From IMG/VR virus record IMGVR_UViG_2915331061_000005: a stretch of 64,000 nucleotides of DNA. One strand, written 5' to 3'. The notes under the pieces were generated by a model, which was given only the letters and a program-made list of their open reading frames with translations, was not told the DNA's origin and searched no databases. The DNA comes from a virus. Its lineage: Duplodnaviria > Heunggongvirae > Uroviricota > Caudoviricetes. The position numbers and the translations under genes are program-made. Shown in pieces: positions 27,000-36,539 of the stretch (positions are counted from its first letter, which is position 1; every line of letters begins with the position of its first letter).

Positions 27000-27139
27000 T
27001 CCTCCGCCACCTCCTCGTTGATTTCCACCAGCTCACGCACGGGCAGATTCAGGTAGAAATCTGCGCTCGTGTGTGTAGCCGTGGCGAGGGCTATCGCCGC
27101 CTTTCTGATGGTTTTGTATCCGCCCTTTAGGCGAAAAAA
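26977..27139 (-). other. Predicted -1 frameshift extension of the tail assembly chaperone (slippery heptamer T-TTT-TTC at 27133..27139 on minus strand)
   Basis: Zero-frame codons GAT-TTT-TTC-GCC-TAA. The -1 frame continues ~50 aa (FFRLKGGYKTIRKAAIALATATHTSADFYLNLPVRELVEINEEVAEEWQKIKP) to a stop overlapping the tape-measure start. Confidence 0.5.
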
Positions 27140-27792
27140 TCCTTGTGGTTCACCCCTGCGCGAAGCTGTACAGCCTCCGCCAGCGGCAGGCCGAGGAAGA
27201 ATGCCACATCCTTACCGGTGGCCATAGATGCGATCAGGCAGCAGTAATAGTAGTTCAGGGTCTTTTCCGCTGCGCGAATATCTTCTTCCTCCATGCGGTT
27301 TTCCGCCTGACGGACGTTCATGCCGGTAAGGTTCGCCACGCCTGACAGGTCAACTTCGGTGTATTTTTCGCCCTTGTAGGTGTAGGGCTTGCCGAACTTC
27401 ATGATGTGGCTGTGCTCGTCCTCGTCGCCATCTTCCTCTGCGGCGGCGCTACGGAGCGACGCCTGAACAGTCTGGCGAACCTTCTTGCTTGCGCCGATGG
27501 GAAGCAGCTGGAAAAACTCGATGGGGAGCTTCGTTGCGGCAGCGGCCAGAGCGTCGGTGTATGCAGTCGCAGTTTCAGGGGTAATCATCACGGCCATTTC
27601 GCCCTCGTTGTACAGTTTCTTGATGATGAGCACCGCATCCTTGATGGTCAGATCATCCAGACCGGACAGGTCGATCTCGGTATACTCCTTATCATCAAAC
27701 TTGTACGGGCGGGCCAACTCGATCAGCTTCGGGTTCTTCTTAACCTCAGCGGTCTTGTCCTGTTCTGCGACGGAAGAAACATTCTTTTCCAT
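27127..27792 (-). CDS. Tail assembly chaperone (XkdN/gpG-like) with internal duplicated motif
   Basis: Located between tube and tape measure. YKFDDKEYTEIDLSG and YTYKGEKYTEVDLSG repeats. Confidence 0.55.
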   Translation of the reverse strand: MEKNVSSVAEQDKTAEVKKNPKLIELARPYKFDDKEYTEIDLSGLDDLTIKDAVLIIKKLYNEGEMAVMITPETATAYTDALAAAATKLPIEFFQLLPIGASKKVRQTVQASLRSAAAEEDGDEDEHSHIMKFGKPYTYKGEKYTEVDLSGVANLTGMNVRQAENRMEEEDIRAAEKTLNYYYCCLIASMATGKDVAFFLGLPLAEAVQLRAGVNHKDFFA

Positions 27793-27868
27793 GGTGGTTT
27801 TCCTTTCTGTTCAGATATAAAAATTGACCGCCCCGGTCTTTCGGGGCGGTCGCTTCATTTCTTTGGCG

Positions 27869-28396
27869 TTAGATCAGCGCGGTAACGTCTGCCAGCATAT
27901 CCTCGCCCTGAACGCGGTATACGCCGTTCAGCTTGTCGATGGCAATGATTTCCTCGCCGTCGTTCTCGATCATGATGTAGGTCAGTTCCAGCTTAACCTT
28001 GGCTTCCATGCCCTCGCCCGCCTTGATCTTGCCGGGAGTAAACTCCTTGACGCGGCCAACCTCAACGATGCGCAGGCCCTTATAGGCATAGCCGAGGCTC
28101 TTATCCACCGCCTGCTGTGCAACGCGGAAGGTAAGGTTCACCTGACGCTTCGGAGAAAGGACGTTGACAAAGCTCGAATATACGAGGTTGAAGGAAACTT
28201 CCTGCTCGATGGATTCAAACTGGCCGATGTTCGGTGCGGAAATCTTACCGAGGATACCAGCGCCGGAAACGTCGATAGTCTCCGAGGTGATCTGCGGCAG
28301 AGTGATTTCCGGTGCAGTGCCAATTGCTTTCACGCCGTCAATGTAAACGTTGAAGCTGTTGACGATTTCCGGGGTCAGATTCGTGTCCAGTGCCAT
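27869..28396 (-). CDS. Tail tube protein (XkdM-like)
   Basis: 175 aa downstream of the sheath. Confidence 0.65.
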   Translation of the reverse strand: MALDTNLTPEIVNSFNVYIDGVKAIGTAPEITLPQITSETIDVSGAGILGKISAPNIGQFESIEQEVSFNLVYSSFVNVLSPKRQVNLTFRVAQQAVDKSLGYAYKGLRIVEVGRVKEFTPGKIKAGEGMEAKVKLELTYIMIENDGEEIIAIDKLNGVYRVQGEDMLADVTALI

Positions 28397-28417
28397 TATT
28401 TATTCCTCCTTTCTGGG

Positions 28418-29866
28418 TTAGCCCGCCAGCGCGGTAGAAATCGCGTTGGGATCAAACTCCACAATTTCCTCGATGTCCTCCGCCGGATTAAACGGAGACA
28501 TATACTTGTGGAACTTCACCGTGCCATTCAGCAGATCGGTCGTGGGGTTTTCGGATTCGATGTACTGCAGCTCATAGCGGGCGCAAATGCCACGGCTGAC
28601 AAAGCTGTTGCCGCGCACGTTCTCGCTGTCAACCAGAGCCTCGATCAGGCGCTTGTTCAGCGGGTCGCTGACCTTCTGGAAATAGGTCTGGATGAAGGTG
28701 TTATCATCCCAGCAGAAGAACCTGCGGACGCTGAACCAGCGATCCTTCGGGTCAGTGTTGCCGGGATAACAGGCAGTGTTGTTGCCCCACAGACGGAAGC
28801 CGTTCATGTTCAGCCACGTTGCAACGCCGAAGGAGTTGACCACATTGGCCTGCTCCTGATCCAGCAGAACTTCCGTTCCATCTTTCAGGCAGGCAGCAGA
28901 AATAGAGATAGGCTTGTTATCCGGGCTTACGTTGGGAATATCGCCGTTGTTCGCATCGGTCGCCACGGTCGCCGCAGCAGCCATTGCCGAACCCGCATAG
29001 ATCACGTCGCCAACCTTTGCGTACAGCCACACAGCGTAGCAATTCGCACTGGTCACAGCCTGCTTTTCCTTCTGACGCTTCACGTCGTCATACTTGGTTG
29101 CACCGGCAGTAGAGCTGTCGATGTCCACGATGCACACGCAGTTGAAAACACCGTTGATGTGGCTTGTCTTTGCCTGCAGGCCAGCCGACACCAGTGCATT
29201 CTCCGACCAGCCCGGAGCAAGCAGAATGCCGGGGGTCATGTTCAGCTTCGGGAAAATCTGGCGAATGACTTCCATGCCGCTCTCAACACCATCTGCAGTA
29301 ACCGCACCAACGATGTCTGCCGGGGTAACAGCAGTCGGGTCGATCTGGACACCGCTCACAGTCAGGCTCGTTGCGCTGTCGCCAGCACCGCCGGGGATCA
29401 CCACGATGTTCACATAACCGTTATCGTCAAATGCTGCGGTGTAGTCCGTACCAGCCGCCAGCGGAGTTTCCTCTGCCTTAACGGTCAGCTTGTCCAGCAG
29501 GATGTCCTTTTCCTCCACCACTGCAACGCCGTCATTGACCTGCACAGTTTTTTCCGGCAGATTTTTCTTGTGCTTGTTGGGATCAAGCACGTTAATCAGG
29601 ATCATCGGCGACACGCCGACGACCTTGAAACTTGCGCCCATGCTCTGGCAGACGGTGTACTTCTCATAATCATCGTCGTAACCCACTGCGGCAGTTGCGC
29701 CTGCCAGCGTATTTGCCAGCATGGGGGTATTCGTGCAGTGATACGGATCACTTGCGCGGTTGATCGGCGCAGTGCCGATAACGACCTGCAGGCCAGCAGT
29801 TGCCGTCACGGGTGCCACGATACTGGTTCCCTGCTCGGCAACATAAACGCCATGCTTGTATGCCAT
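28418..29866 (-). CDS. Contractile tail sheath protein
   Basis: 482 aa; order sheath-tube-chaperone-tape measure. Confidence 0.8.
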   Translation of the reverse strand: MAYKHGVYVAEQGTSIVAPVTATAGLQVVIGTAPINRASDPYHCTNTPMLANTLAGATAAVGYDDDYEKYTVCQSMGASFKVVGVSPMILINVLDPNKHKKNLPEKTVQVNDGVAVVEEKDILLDKLTVKAEETPLAAGTDYTAAFDDNGYVNIVVIPGGAGDSATSLTVSGVQIDPTAVTPADIVGAVTADGVESGMEVIRQIFPKLNMTPGILLAPGWSENALVSAGLQAKTSHINGVFNCVCIVDIDSSTAGATKYDDVKRQKEKQAVTSANCYAVWLYAKVGDVIYAGSAMAAAATVATDANNGDIPNVSPDNKPISISAACLKDGTEVLLDQEQANVVNSFGVATWLNMNGFRLWGNNTACYPGNTDPKDRWFSVRRFFCWDDNTFIQTYFQKVSDPLNKRLIEALVDSENVRGNSFVSRGICARYELQYIESENPTTDLLNGTVKFHKYMSPFNPAEDIEEIVEFDPNAISTALAG

Positions 29867-29879
29867 GTTCTCTCCCTCC

Positions 29880-30176
29880 TTAGTTCAGTGCCGCTTTCAC
29901 TGCGGCAAAAAGAATACCCGCGCTGCTCTTGGGGTTCTCAAGAGCCACGCGAGTATCTTTGAATTTATCAAGAGGCACCAGCAGGCCCCTTGCCATCGGT
30001 ACGGCATCAAGGAAACGGTTCACCGCATCCGGCACCGCCTTACTGTCATGGTACACCGTGTACTGCTTCACCGTGTTTTTTACCGTCGGGCCGCAGTAAA
30101 CCATCGGCCCATCCTTCTTGACCGGAGTTTCGGTCGCAGCCGCCTTTTCGGTCTGAGTATTTTTTGCATTGCTCAT
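29880..30176 (-). CDS. Hypothetical protein
   Basis: Internal start MSNAKNT... of ORF 29880..30224. Confidence 0.35.
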   Translation of the reverse strand: MSNAKNTQTEKAAATETPVKKDGPMVYCGPTVKNTVKQYTVYHDSKAVPDAVNRFLDAVPMARGLLVPLDKFKDTRVALENPKSSAGILFAAVKAALN

Positions 30177-30709
30177 ATAAGTTCCTCGATTTCCGGGTTG
30201 TTTTCGCTGCTCATGCTCGGACAAGTAACATCCATCTGCACCGTAGCGAAGTAATACGGGCTTGTATCGTCCTGTTGAATTGCGCAGTCAATGGGAAGCA
30301 ACACGTTGAAATAATCGCCAAAGATGTTGTAGACGCGGAAATGCTGTCCAATATCCTGCATGATGTTGTACAAATCCAGAACGGCGGGAGCTTTTTTATC
30401 CCGCACACCTTCCTCTTTGTTGCGAATAGGTGTCTGATATGTGCAAATAATCAGGCTCATGTCCACCATTTCAGGTTCTTCCATCTTATCAATGCTCCAA
30501 CCTGCTGCCTTGACCAGAATAAACGGAGCCGCTGCAGCCACAGTATCCACATCCTCGTCATTGCCGAAGTCGGTCGGAAATTCAAAATCGAAAATGTTGA
30601 GCGGCTTATTTTTGCCTTGACCACTGAATGTCTTTCCTGCAAAGAGCTTGTCCAGTTCTTCATGCAGCTTTTTCACAGCGTCAACCGGTGTGTAATTACT
30701 CGCTCTCAC
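30173..30709 (-). CDS. Tail completion / neck protein (XkdJ-like position)
   Basis: 178 aa between head-tail joining and sheath genes. Confidence 0.35.
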   Translation of the reverse strand: MRASNYTPVDAVKKLHEELDKLFAGKTFSGQGKNKPLNIFDFEFPTDFGNDEDVDTVAAAAPFILVKAAGWSIDKMEEPEMVDMSLIICTYQTPIRNKEEGVRDKKAPAVLDLYNIMQDIGQHFRVYNIFGDYFNVLLPIDCAIQQDDTSPYYFATVQMDVTCPSMSSENNPEIEELI

Positions 30710-31389
30710 TTTGTTTTCCTCCCGGCCTGCGTCAGAATTTTGGATACTTCATGCTGCAGCCGTTCCTGCAAGATAATCTCGCTGTCCGGCTCGACTTCCT
30801 CTCTCCATACGGTGCTATGCATCGCACTGGCAGACGGGCTGGACATGGTGTAGAGTTTTTCTACGACGCCATTCTTACTGCGCCATCTGGTCGATTTCGG
30901 ATTTGCCGCCGGACGACCGATCAACCTCTGCACCATGCCGACGTGCCCACTGTCAAACTTCACAAGAAAGCCCTTGCTTGCCTGTCCCAGCGCCGTATGT
31001 CCGCCGGTCAATGCTTCCATCGGCGATTTTTTCAAAACACGCGATGTGTGGAACTCCGGCGACAACACCCAGTCCCTTCCCATATGCGGAACAGACGGGT
31101 TCGACTGGAAGTCGCCCAGATCATTTCTCCGGCTGGAAATAAAAATCTCCGCCGTCGGGTTCTGCGTTGTCGCCCTGTTGCGAACTTTCAGCGCATTCAG
31201 GTGACGACGGCCAGCAGAATTGACAGCATACCGAAGCCGCGCTTGCCGGATCATCATGTTTTTGGCTCTCGTCGCAGTCTGGTTGACAGCGTTTTTCATG
31301 GCCCGCGGGGCCTTATCCCGCATATCTCCCAGTGCACGTTCCACTTCACCGATGTTCGGCACCTGCACGTCATAGATTGCCTTTGCCAT
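30706..31389 (-). CDS. Head-tail joining protein (HK97 gp10-like)
   Basis: 227 aa. Position. Confidence 0.4.
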   Translation of the reverse strand: MAKAIYDVQVPNIGEVERALGDMRDKAPRAMKNAVNQTATRAKNMMIRQARLRYAVNSAGRRHLNALKVRNRATTQNPTAEIFISSRRNDLGDFQSNPSVPHMGRDWVLSPEFHTSRVLKKSPMEALTGGHTALGQASKGFLVKFDSGHVGMVQRLIGRPAANPKSTRWRSKNGVVEKLYTMSSPSASAMHSTVWREEVEPDSEIILQERLQHEVSKILTQAGRKTK

Positions 31390-31724
31390 TACTGCCGCAC
31401 CCTCTCCAACGTGACCAGATACAGTCCATGCTCATTTTGACAGCTTTTTATCGTGTAGCTGATTCGGTCGTACTCCATCGGCTTTCCAATCTTTGGAGCA
31501 GGGCCATAGTCAGCCGCCCGGATAAAGAACTGCTTTTGCGAGATGTACAAGCCTTGGTCAAAGTTTTGCTTGGCACCGGCTTCCCAGTGTGACTTGCGCT
31601 CTTTCAGTCCGGTTTCATACGGCACCACATCAAACGTTTCTCCGTCGATGGTATGCTGTTCTACAAACTCCTGAAAAAACACATCGTCAATATCAGCCAT
31701 TGCCATTTCCAAAAAGTCGGTCAT
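31389..31724 (-). CDS. Head-tail adaptor protein
   Basis: 111 aa. Position. Confidence 0.35.
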   Translation of the reverse strand: MTDFLEMAMADIDDVFFQEFVEQHTIDGETFDVVPYETGLKERKSHWEAGAKQNFDQGLYISQKQFFIRAADYGPAPKIGKPMEYDRISYTIKSCQNEHGLYLVTLERVRQ

Positions 31725-31736
31725 GGTAATACCTGC

Positions 31737-32015
31737 TTACTCTGCTGCAGTCTTGCGGCCTTTTCTGCCGGGCTTTTCCTCGGCTTCGGATGCTTCTTCC
31801 TGCGTTTCCACATCGTTGCTGTCGGCGTCAGCCTGCTCCACAATGGCCTTAGTTTCCGCATCCAGTTCCGCTTCAGCGGCAACGCCCAATTTCACAAGGC
31901 GTTCCGCCTCTGCATCATCAACGCAAACGACCTCGCCCGCCAGAATCAGCTTCGTGGGTGCACCAGCTTTCGCCCGGAAGCCATAGCCGCCGGAAATGAT
32001 CTGAACGACCTTCAT
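31737..32015 (-). CDS. Hypothetical acidic protein
   Basis: 92 aa, acidic tail, between capsid and connector genes. Confidence 0.35.
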   Translation of the reverse strand: MKVVQIISGGYGFRAKAGAPTKLILAGEVVCVDDAEAERLVKLGVAAEAELDAETKAIVEQADADSNDVETQEEASEAEEKPGRKGRKTAAE

Positions 32016-32032
32016 ATTCCTGCTCCTTTCTC

Positions 32033-33109
32033 TTAGCCCACAACTTTAGCTGCATAGATGTAGGGGCAGTAGGTCTTGGGTGCGGCCAGAGGACGGCAGC
32101 CCAGACGGAGCTTGCGGGTATCCTTGTCCTGATCCACAACCAGCTTTGCAACACGCTTTGCGGCATAGGTCGTGTAGTCGGTCTTGCCGTAGTCCATCTG
32201 AGTAATGGAGCCGTACATCATATGGCCGCAGTCCGGCGCAGTCACCATAGCTGCCGTAGCCGGGAAGTATCTGGCGCTCTTGCCGGTCTCGTCCTCATAG
32301 GTTTCGTCCACGCTGAACACGTTCAGCATGAAACCGCCGAAGTTTAGCGTACCCATAAACACAACGCCGTCGTACTGGGTGAGCTGCTGGCGAATCTCGC
32401 CTACGATGATGCCGCTGTTCTTATCGAGCAGCTGGCGGGTTCTTTCGTCAGTCAGGATGTAGTCGGCCACATCAGTGCCGAGAATCAGGTCTTTTGCAGG
32501 CAGACCACGAGCAGACAGCATACGGCACATGGCCTTAACGTCGCCCCAGAAGTCACCACCGTTCTCGTTCCACTTCTTGGAAGCGGTATAGGTATGATCG
32601 CTGGTGCCGTCGTAGAACTTCACAACCAGAGAATCGCCCTTGGTTGCACCGTCGATGTACTCCTGCATAACGCAGCCGTTGCCGATCATGGTTTCCGCCG
32701 CCATCCATTCCTCGCGGCGGGCAATGCGGTTTTCCATGTCGTTCATGTCGTCTGCCAGCAGGCGGGCGGCACGCTGTGCTTCATCCATGCCCGGATACAG
32801 AGCCTCACCGAAGCCACGCTTAGTCAGCTCGTCGAGGGTCAGCAGACGAGACGGGGCGATATAGGCGGGCTTATAGGAATGCACCTCATAGCTCCGGCGA
32901 CCAATGGGAATGTCGCCCGCTTTCTGATCCACGAATGCCGCCAGCTTACGGTCGCCGCTACGGTACTCGGTCAGAACTTCGTTCGCCTTGAAGATGTCAC
33001 CTGCCCCGGTGGGGAAATAGCGATCCTTGAAAAAGCTGACCTTCGGGACAATTTCCTCGGAAATTGCCTGAAGGATAACATTATCAAAGAAGTTAATCAG
33101 AATTGCCAT
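32033..33109 (-). CDS. Major capsid protein (lambda gpE-like, HK97 fold)
   Basis: 358 aa directly after the decoration protein, lambda-like order. Confidence 0.75.
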   Translation of the reverse strand: MAILINFFDNVILQAISEEIVPKVSFFKDRYFPTGAGDIFKANEVLTEYRSGDRKLAAFVDQKAGDIPIGRRSYEVHSYKPAYIAPSRLLTLDELTKRGFGEALYPGMDEAQRAARLLADDMNDMENRIARREEWMAAETMIGNGCVMQEYIDGATKGDSLVVKFYDGTSDHTYTASKKWNENGGDFWGDVKAMCRMLSARGLPAKDLILGTDVADYILTDERTRQLLDKNSGIIVGEIRQQLTQYDGVVFMGTLNFGGFMLNVFSVDETYEDETGKSARYFPATAAMVTAPDCGHMMYGSITQMDYGKTDYTTYAAKRVAKLVVDQDKDTRKLRLGCRPLAAPKTYCPYIYAAKVVG

Positions 33110-33124
33110 TGAAACGTCCTCCTG

Positions 33125-33523
33125 TTACATTTCGACCACAGGCAGCAGAACGATGTCCCGCATCCGCAGTGCGTCTTTGTCTGCCTCGGTCATGGTGTAG
33201 CTGTCCTTGACGGTCAGCTTGTCCGAGTTGAAACAGCCTGCCAGATAGACTGCAACGGTTTCATCCATGCTGGCCTTCATAGTCACATCCTCAATCAGGA
33301 TGCAGTCAGCGGTCAGAGTATCGCCGCCGGACGCCTTGGTTCCCAGAATGTGCAGCTTTCCATCCTTTGCGCTCTTGGCAAACACCGTGCCACGCACAAA
33401 GGTGGTTTCTGCTTCCGGGCCAGCAATCACGCCGGGGCCGACGCGCTTTTTCGGGTTCACGCCTGCGATCAGGCCGTCGTACTCAACCTCGCCCAGCTTT
33501 TCACTCAGCATTTTTTCAGCCAT
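33125..33523 (-). CDS. Head decoration protein (lambda gpD-like)
   Basis: 132 aa, between protease and capsid. Confidence 0.55.
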   Translation of the reverse strand: MAEKMLSEKLGEVEYDGLIAGVNPKKRVGPGVIAGPEAETTFVRGTVFAKSAKDGKLHILGTKASGGDTLTADCILIEDVTMKASMDETVAVYLAGCFNSDKLTVKDSYTMTEADKDALRMRDIVLLPVVEM

Positions 33524-33526
33524 CGT

Positions 33527-34747
33527 TTAGCCCTCCTTCTTCGGGTGGAACAGGTTCTTGACCATCGCACGCTTTTCGGCGTCGGTCTGGTTCTTGTTCT
33601 TCGTGCCAGTGCCAGAGACACCGTCCGGGGCAGCACCGCCAACGCTGTTTGCGCCGCTGGTATCTGCATCATCTTCGGTATCATCCAGCAGTTTGTGGCC
33701 CTTCTTCTTTGCATCCAGCGCCGCACGGTAAGCAAGCTGCTCCGCAGAACAAGCCTTGTCACCATACTTTGCCTCGGCCACCAGATCGGACGGGACTGCA
33801 TCCGCGATCTCGTCAATGGCAGCCAAACGATCACGCTCCTGCTTCTGTGCCTCCGCATGGGCTTCGTCCACAATCTCTTTCACCAGATCAGGACAGCCGT
33901 TGCGCAGTTCATCTGCGTTCTTGAACTCCATGTCGTTACCTCCATCGTTCTTGTCCGGCTTTCCTGCCGGGTCAGTGTTATTTACAAAACCCTCAGTCGT
34001 GGCAGGGGCCACCACGGCGCGGTTTCGTACAAATTCAGGGGCATCATCAAATGTGCCCGGAACGGCAATGCTGTTGACAAACAGCGCACCATTCCTGTTT
34101 TCGATTTTTGCAGTCTGGTTGCTTTCCGTGATTTCGTCGATGAAGCCATTTTCTTTTGCTTCTGCCGCCGTCCACCACGATGTAGCGTCCATCCACGCCG
34201 CCACTTCTTCGACGGTGTGTCCTGTCTTTTTCGCATACTGGTTCAAGACATTGGTGCGCATCACGGTCAGTGCATCCATGAGCTGCTTCAAGCCCTCCAT
34301 GTCCACAAACCCGTTCGGGTTTACCTTGATGGGGTGGATCATGTAGGTTGCATCCTCTGCCGCCTTGACCACTTTGCAATGGCTGGCGACGATGGTCGCC
34401 GCGCTGGCACAGATACCTTCGATTTGCGCTGTCACCGTGCCAAGCCTGTTTTCCAACATTGCGCCAATGGCTTGTGCGGCCCAGACATCCCCGCCGCCGC
34501 TGCAAATACGGACAGTCAGGTCATCCATAGCCGGAATCGTCGCAAGGTCTGCGGCGAACGCCTGCGGGGTCACTTCATCACCCCACCAGCTCGTACGGCT
34601 AATATCACCGTAAAGCAGAAGTTCCGCCGTGCCGCCGGTCTCGGCTGCATTGCGGAACTCCCAAAACTTCTTGTTACTCGGACTTGCCGGGGTCGCCGCC
34701 GCTCCGTTGAGGAACAGCGGTTTGCTGTTGCACTTGTGCTCCCGCAA
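33527..34747 (-). CDS. Head maturation protease (ClpP/S14 family) fused to scaffold-like C-terminus (lambda gpC-like)
   Basis: ClpP-like region LLLYGDI...ICSGGGDVWAAQAIGAML...EGICASAATIVAS. Acidic/Lys-rich C-terminus. Confidence 0.7.
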   Translation of the reverse strand: MREHKCNSKPLFLNGAAATPASPSNKKFWEFRNAAETGGTAELLLYGDISRTSWWGDEVTPQAFAADLATIPAMDDLTVRICSGGGDVWAAQAIGAMLENRLGTVTAQIEGICASAATIVASHCKVVKAAEDATYMIHPIKVNPNGFVDMEGLKQLMDALTVMRTNVLNQYAKKTGHTVEEVAAWMDATSWWTAAEAKENGFIDEITESNQTAKIENRNGALFVNSIAVPGTFDDAPEFVRNRAVVAPATTEGFVNNTDPAGKPDKNDGGNDMEFKNADELRNGCPDLVKEIVDEAHAEAQKQERDRLAAIDEIADAVPSDLVAEAKYGDKACSAEQLAYRAALDAKKKGHKLLDDTEDDADTSGANSVGGAAPDGVSGTGTKNKNQTDAEKRAMVKNLFHPKKEG

Positions 34748-36296
34748 TTTCGTCCACCTCCCGTTTCAGTGCGGCTTCGGCTTTCCGCTGCCGCATATTT
34801 GCCTCATAGCTTCCGCCCGTCATCTGAGCGGTTTCCTGTGCCGCCGTGGAGAATCCGCTGTTCACCCGCATCTGGGCTGCTTCGGCTTCATCCTTGGGGT
34901 TCAGGTTTGTTCTTGCCGGGCCATTCCAGTTGCAGTTCATGTAGGCCGCTGCAACCGCCGGGTTTGTCAGGAAGCCCGGCGCTTTGATCCGTCCCTTGCA
35001 CACGGCTTCCCGGAACCATGCCTCATAGACCGGCTGGCAGAAAGAATCCGCGAACCAGTCTCGGTGCATTCCCGTGGTTCTCCAAAATTCATTCAAAGCG
35101 CCGCGGGCTGCAGAATAGCTGGTGCTGAACTGCTTGTACAGCACCTCAGACGGAATTTCCAACGCCGCCGCCATCTGCTTTACAATGGCGTTCATGAACG
35201 CTTCAAACCCGGTCGTTGGGTGCTTCGGGTCTGCGAACTGCACTTCCTCTCCGGGGTTCAGGTCGATAAACGCGCCCGGTGCCAGCTCCACACTGGTCTT
35301 ATCAGGCGTATCTACCTGCACATCCGGGGGAAGCATTTCGCCAAACGGCACCTCGTCAGATTGATCCGACTTCTTGATAAACACTGTGAACATCGCGGAG
35401 ATCACCGCGGCTGTCAGCTCTGCGTCCGTAAAACGCCCAAGCTGTTTCAGGCTTTCCAGCACCGGTGCCAGCAGTGGTACGCCGCGCAGCTGACCGGCAC
35501 GTTCGCGCTGCATCAGACAGAGAACATTCTGCCGCCCGGTCTTTTTGCCGTAGGCTTCCACTCTTGTCCAGTGCGAGGCCGTCAATCCCGTCACGCTGGT
35601 AGACGCCAGCGGGTGCCGGTCGCAAACCCAGTACGCAATGACCATGCCGTCTGCATCGGTTTCAACACCTTGCACGATCTTTTCAACATGATGCTCGTTA
35701 ATGTCCGTCGGCGAAAGGATGTCCATAAACGCAGGAGAACAAATGCGGTCGGCTTCGATGATCCGCACACGCAGGTCATACGGTACACCGGGCGTCTTTT
35801 TGTTCTGCAGGACTGCCCATGAATCACCATTCAGCAGAAATCCCGTAAATGCCAACTGCTGCAACATATAGAAATTGTCGATGCGGTCTGCATCACAGGT
35901 CGGCTTATTGGCCCACAGAGCAAATTCTCTTGCGATTTGTTCATTGATTTTCTGGGCTTCCTCGTCTGAAATACCCAAAAATGCGTTGTCGATCTGCGGT
36001 GTCGGTGTCAGACCGCCGCACACTACATTGGTGCGCATGGTCTTGATGGCACCGGTTGCCAGCGGGACGCCCATATAAGCGTCCCTGCTCCGCTCTCTCA
36101 GGACGCGAAGATTATCTTCGATGTCCTCTTTCGGGCTTCCACCGTGCCACATCCAGCCCCGCATAGATTTCTTGTGCAGACTTGCGCCATAGTTGGAATA
36201 TCCCGAATTGATTGCCCGTATTGCCGTCTGTGCGGCAACACGTTTTACTGCCCGCTCCGGGGCAATCGCCGTGAGCAGGGTATCGAAGAATCCCAT
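34674..36296 (-). CDS. Portal protein (lambda gpB family)
   Basis: 540 aa between gpW-like and protease genes. Confidence 0.8.
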   Translation of the reverse strand: MGFFDTLLTAIAPERAVKRVAAQTAIRAINSGYSNYGASLHKKSMRGWMWHGGSPKEDIEDNLRVLRERSRDAYMGVPLATGAIKTMRTNVVCGGLTPTPQIDNAFLGISDEEAQKINEQIAREFALWANKPTCDADRIDNFYMLQQLAFTGFLLNGDSWAVLQNKKTPGVPYDLRVRIIEADRICSPAFMDILSPTDINEHHVEKIVQGVETDADGMVIAYWVCDRHPLASTSVTGLTASHWTRVEAYGKKTGRQNVLCLMQRERAGQLRGVPLLAPVLESLKQLGRFTDAELTAAVISAMFTVFIKKSDQSDEVPFGEMLPPDVQVDTPDKTSVELAPGAFIDLNPGEEVQFADPKHPTTGFEAFMNAIVKQMAAALEIPSEVLYKQFSTSYSAARGALNEFWRTTGMHRDWFADSFCQPVYEAWFREAVCKGRIKAPGFLTNPAVAAAYMNCNWNGPARTNLNPKDEAEAAQMRVNSGFSTAAQETAQMTGGSYEANMRQRKAEAALKREVDEIAGAQVQQQTAVPQRSGGDPGKSE

Positions 36297-36308
36297 CTTC
36301 TACTCTCC

Positions 36309-36539
36309 TTACAGGTCACGCGGCACAAAATGCCCCATCCGGTTCCGTCCCTTTCTCTGCTGAGAAAGTTCCGTCACCTTGTTCGACCAATAATCAATCC
36401 GCTTTCCAATCTGCGTCAGGTCTGCGTAGGTCAATGACCTATTGCCGATCTGGTAGCTTTGCCCGTGTGTCACCTTTTCCTCGGCGGCAATCCAAAGGTC
36501 AAGCTGTTTCTGTGCCGTTTCCAGCGTAATTCCTGCCAT
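36309..36539 (-). CDS. Head-tail joining protein gpW-like
   Basis: 76 aa between terminase large subunit and portal, exactly the lambda W position. Confidence 0.5.
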   Translation of the reverse strand: MAGITLETAQKQLDLWIAAEEKVTHGQSYQIGNRSLTYADLTQIGKRIDYWSNKVTELSQQRKGRNRMGHFVPRDL

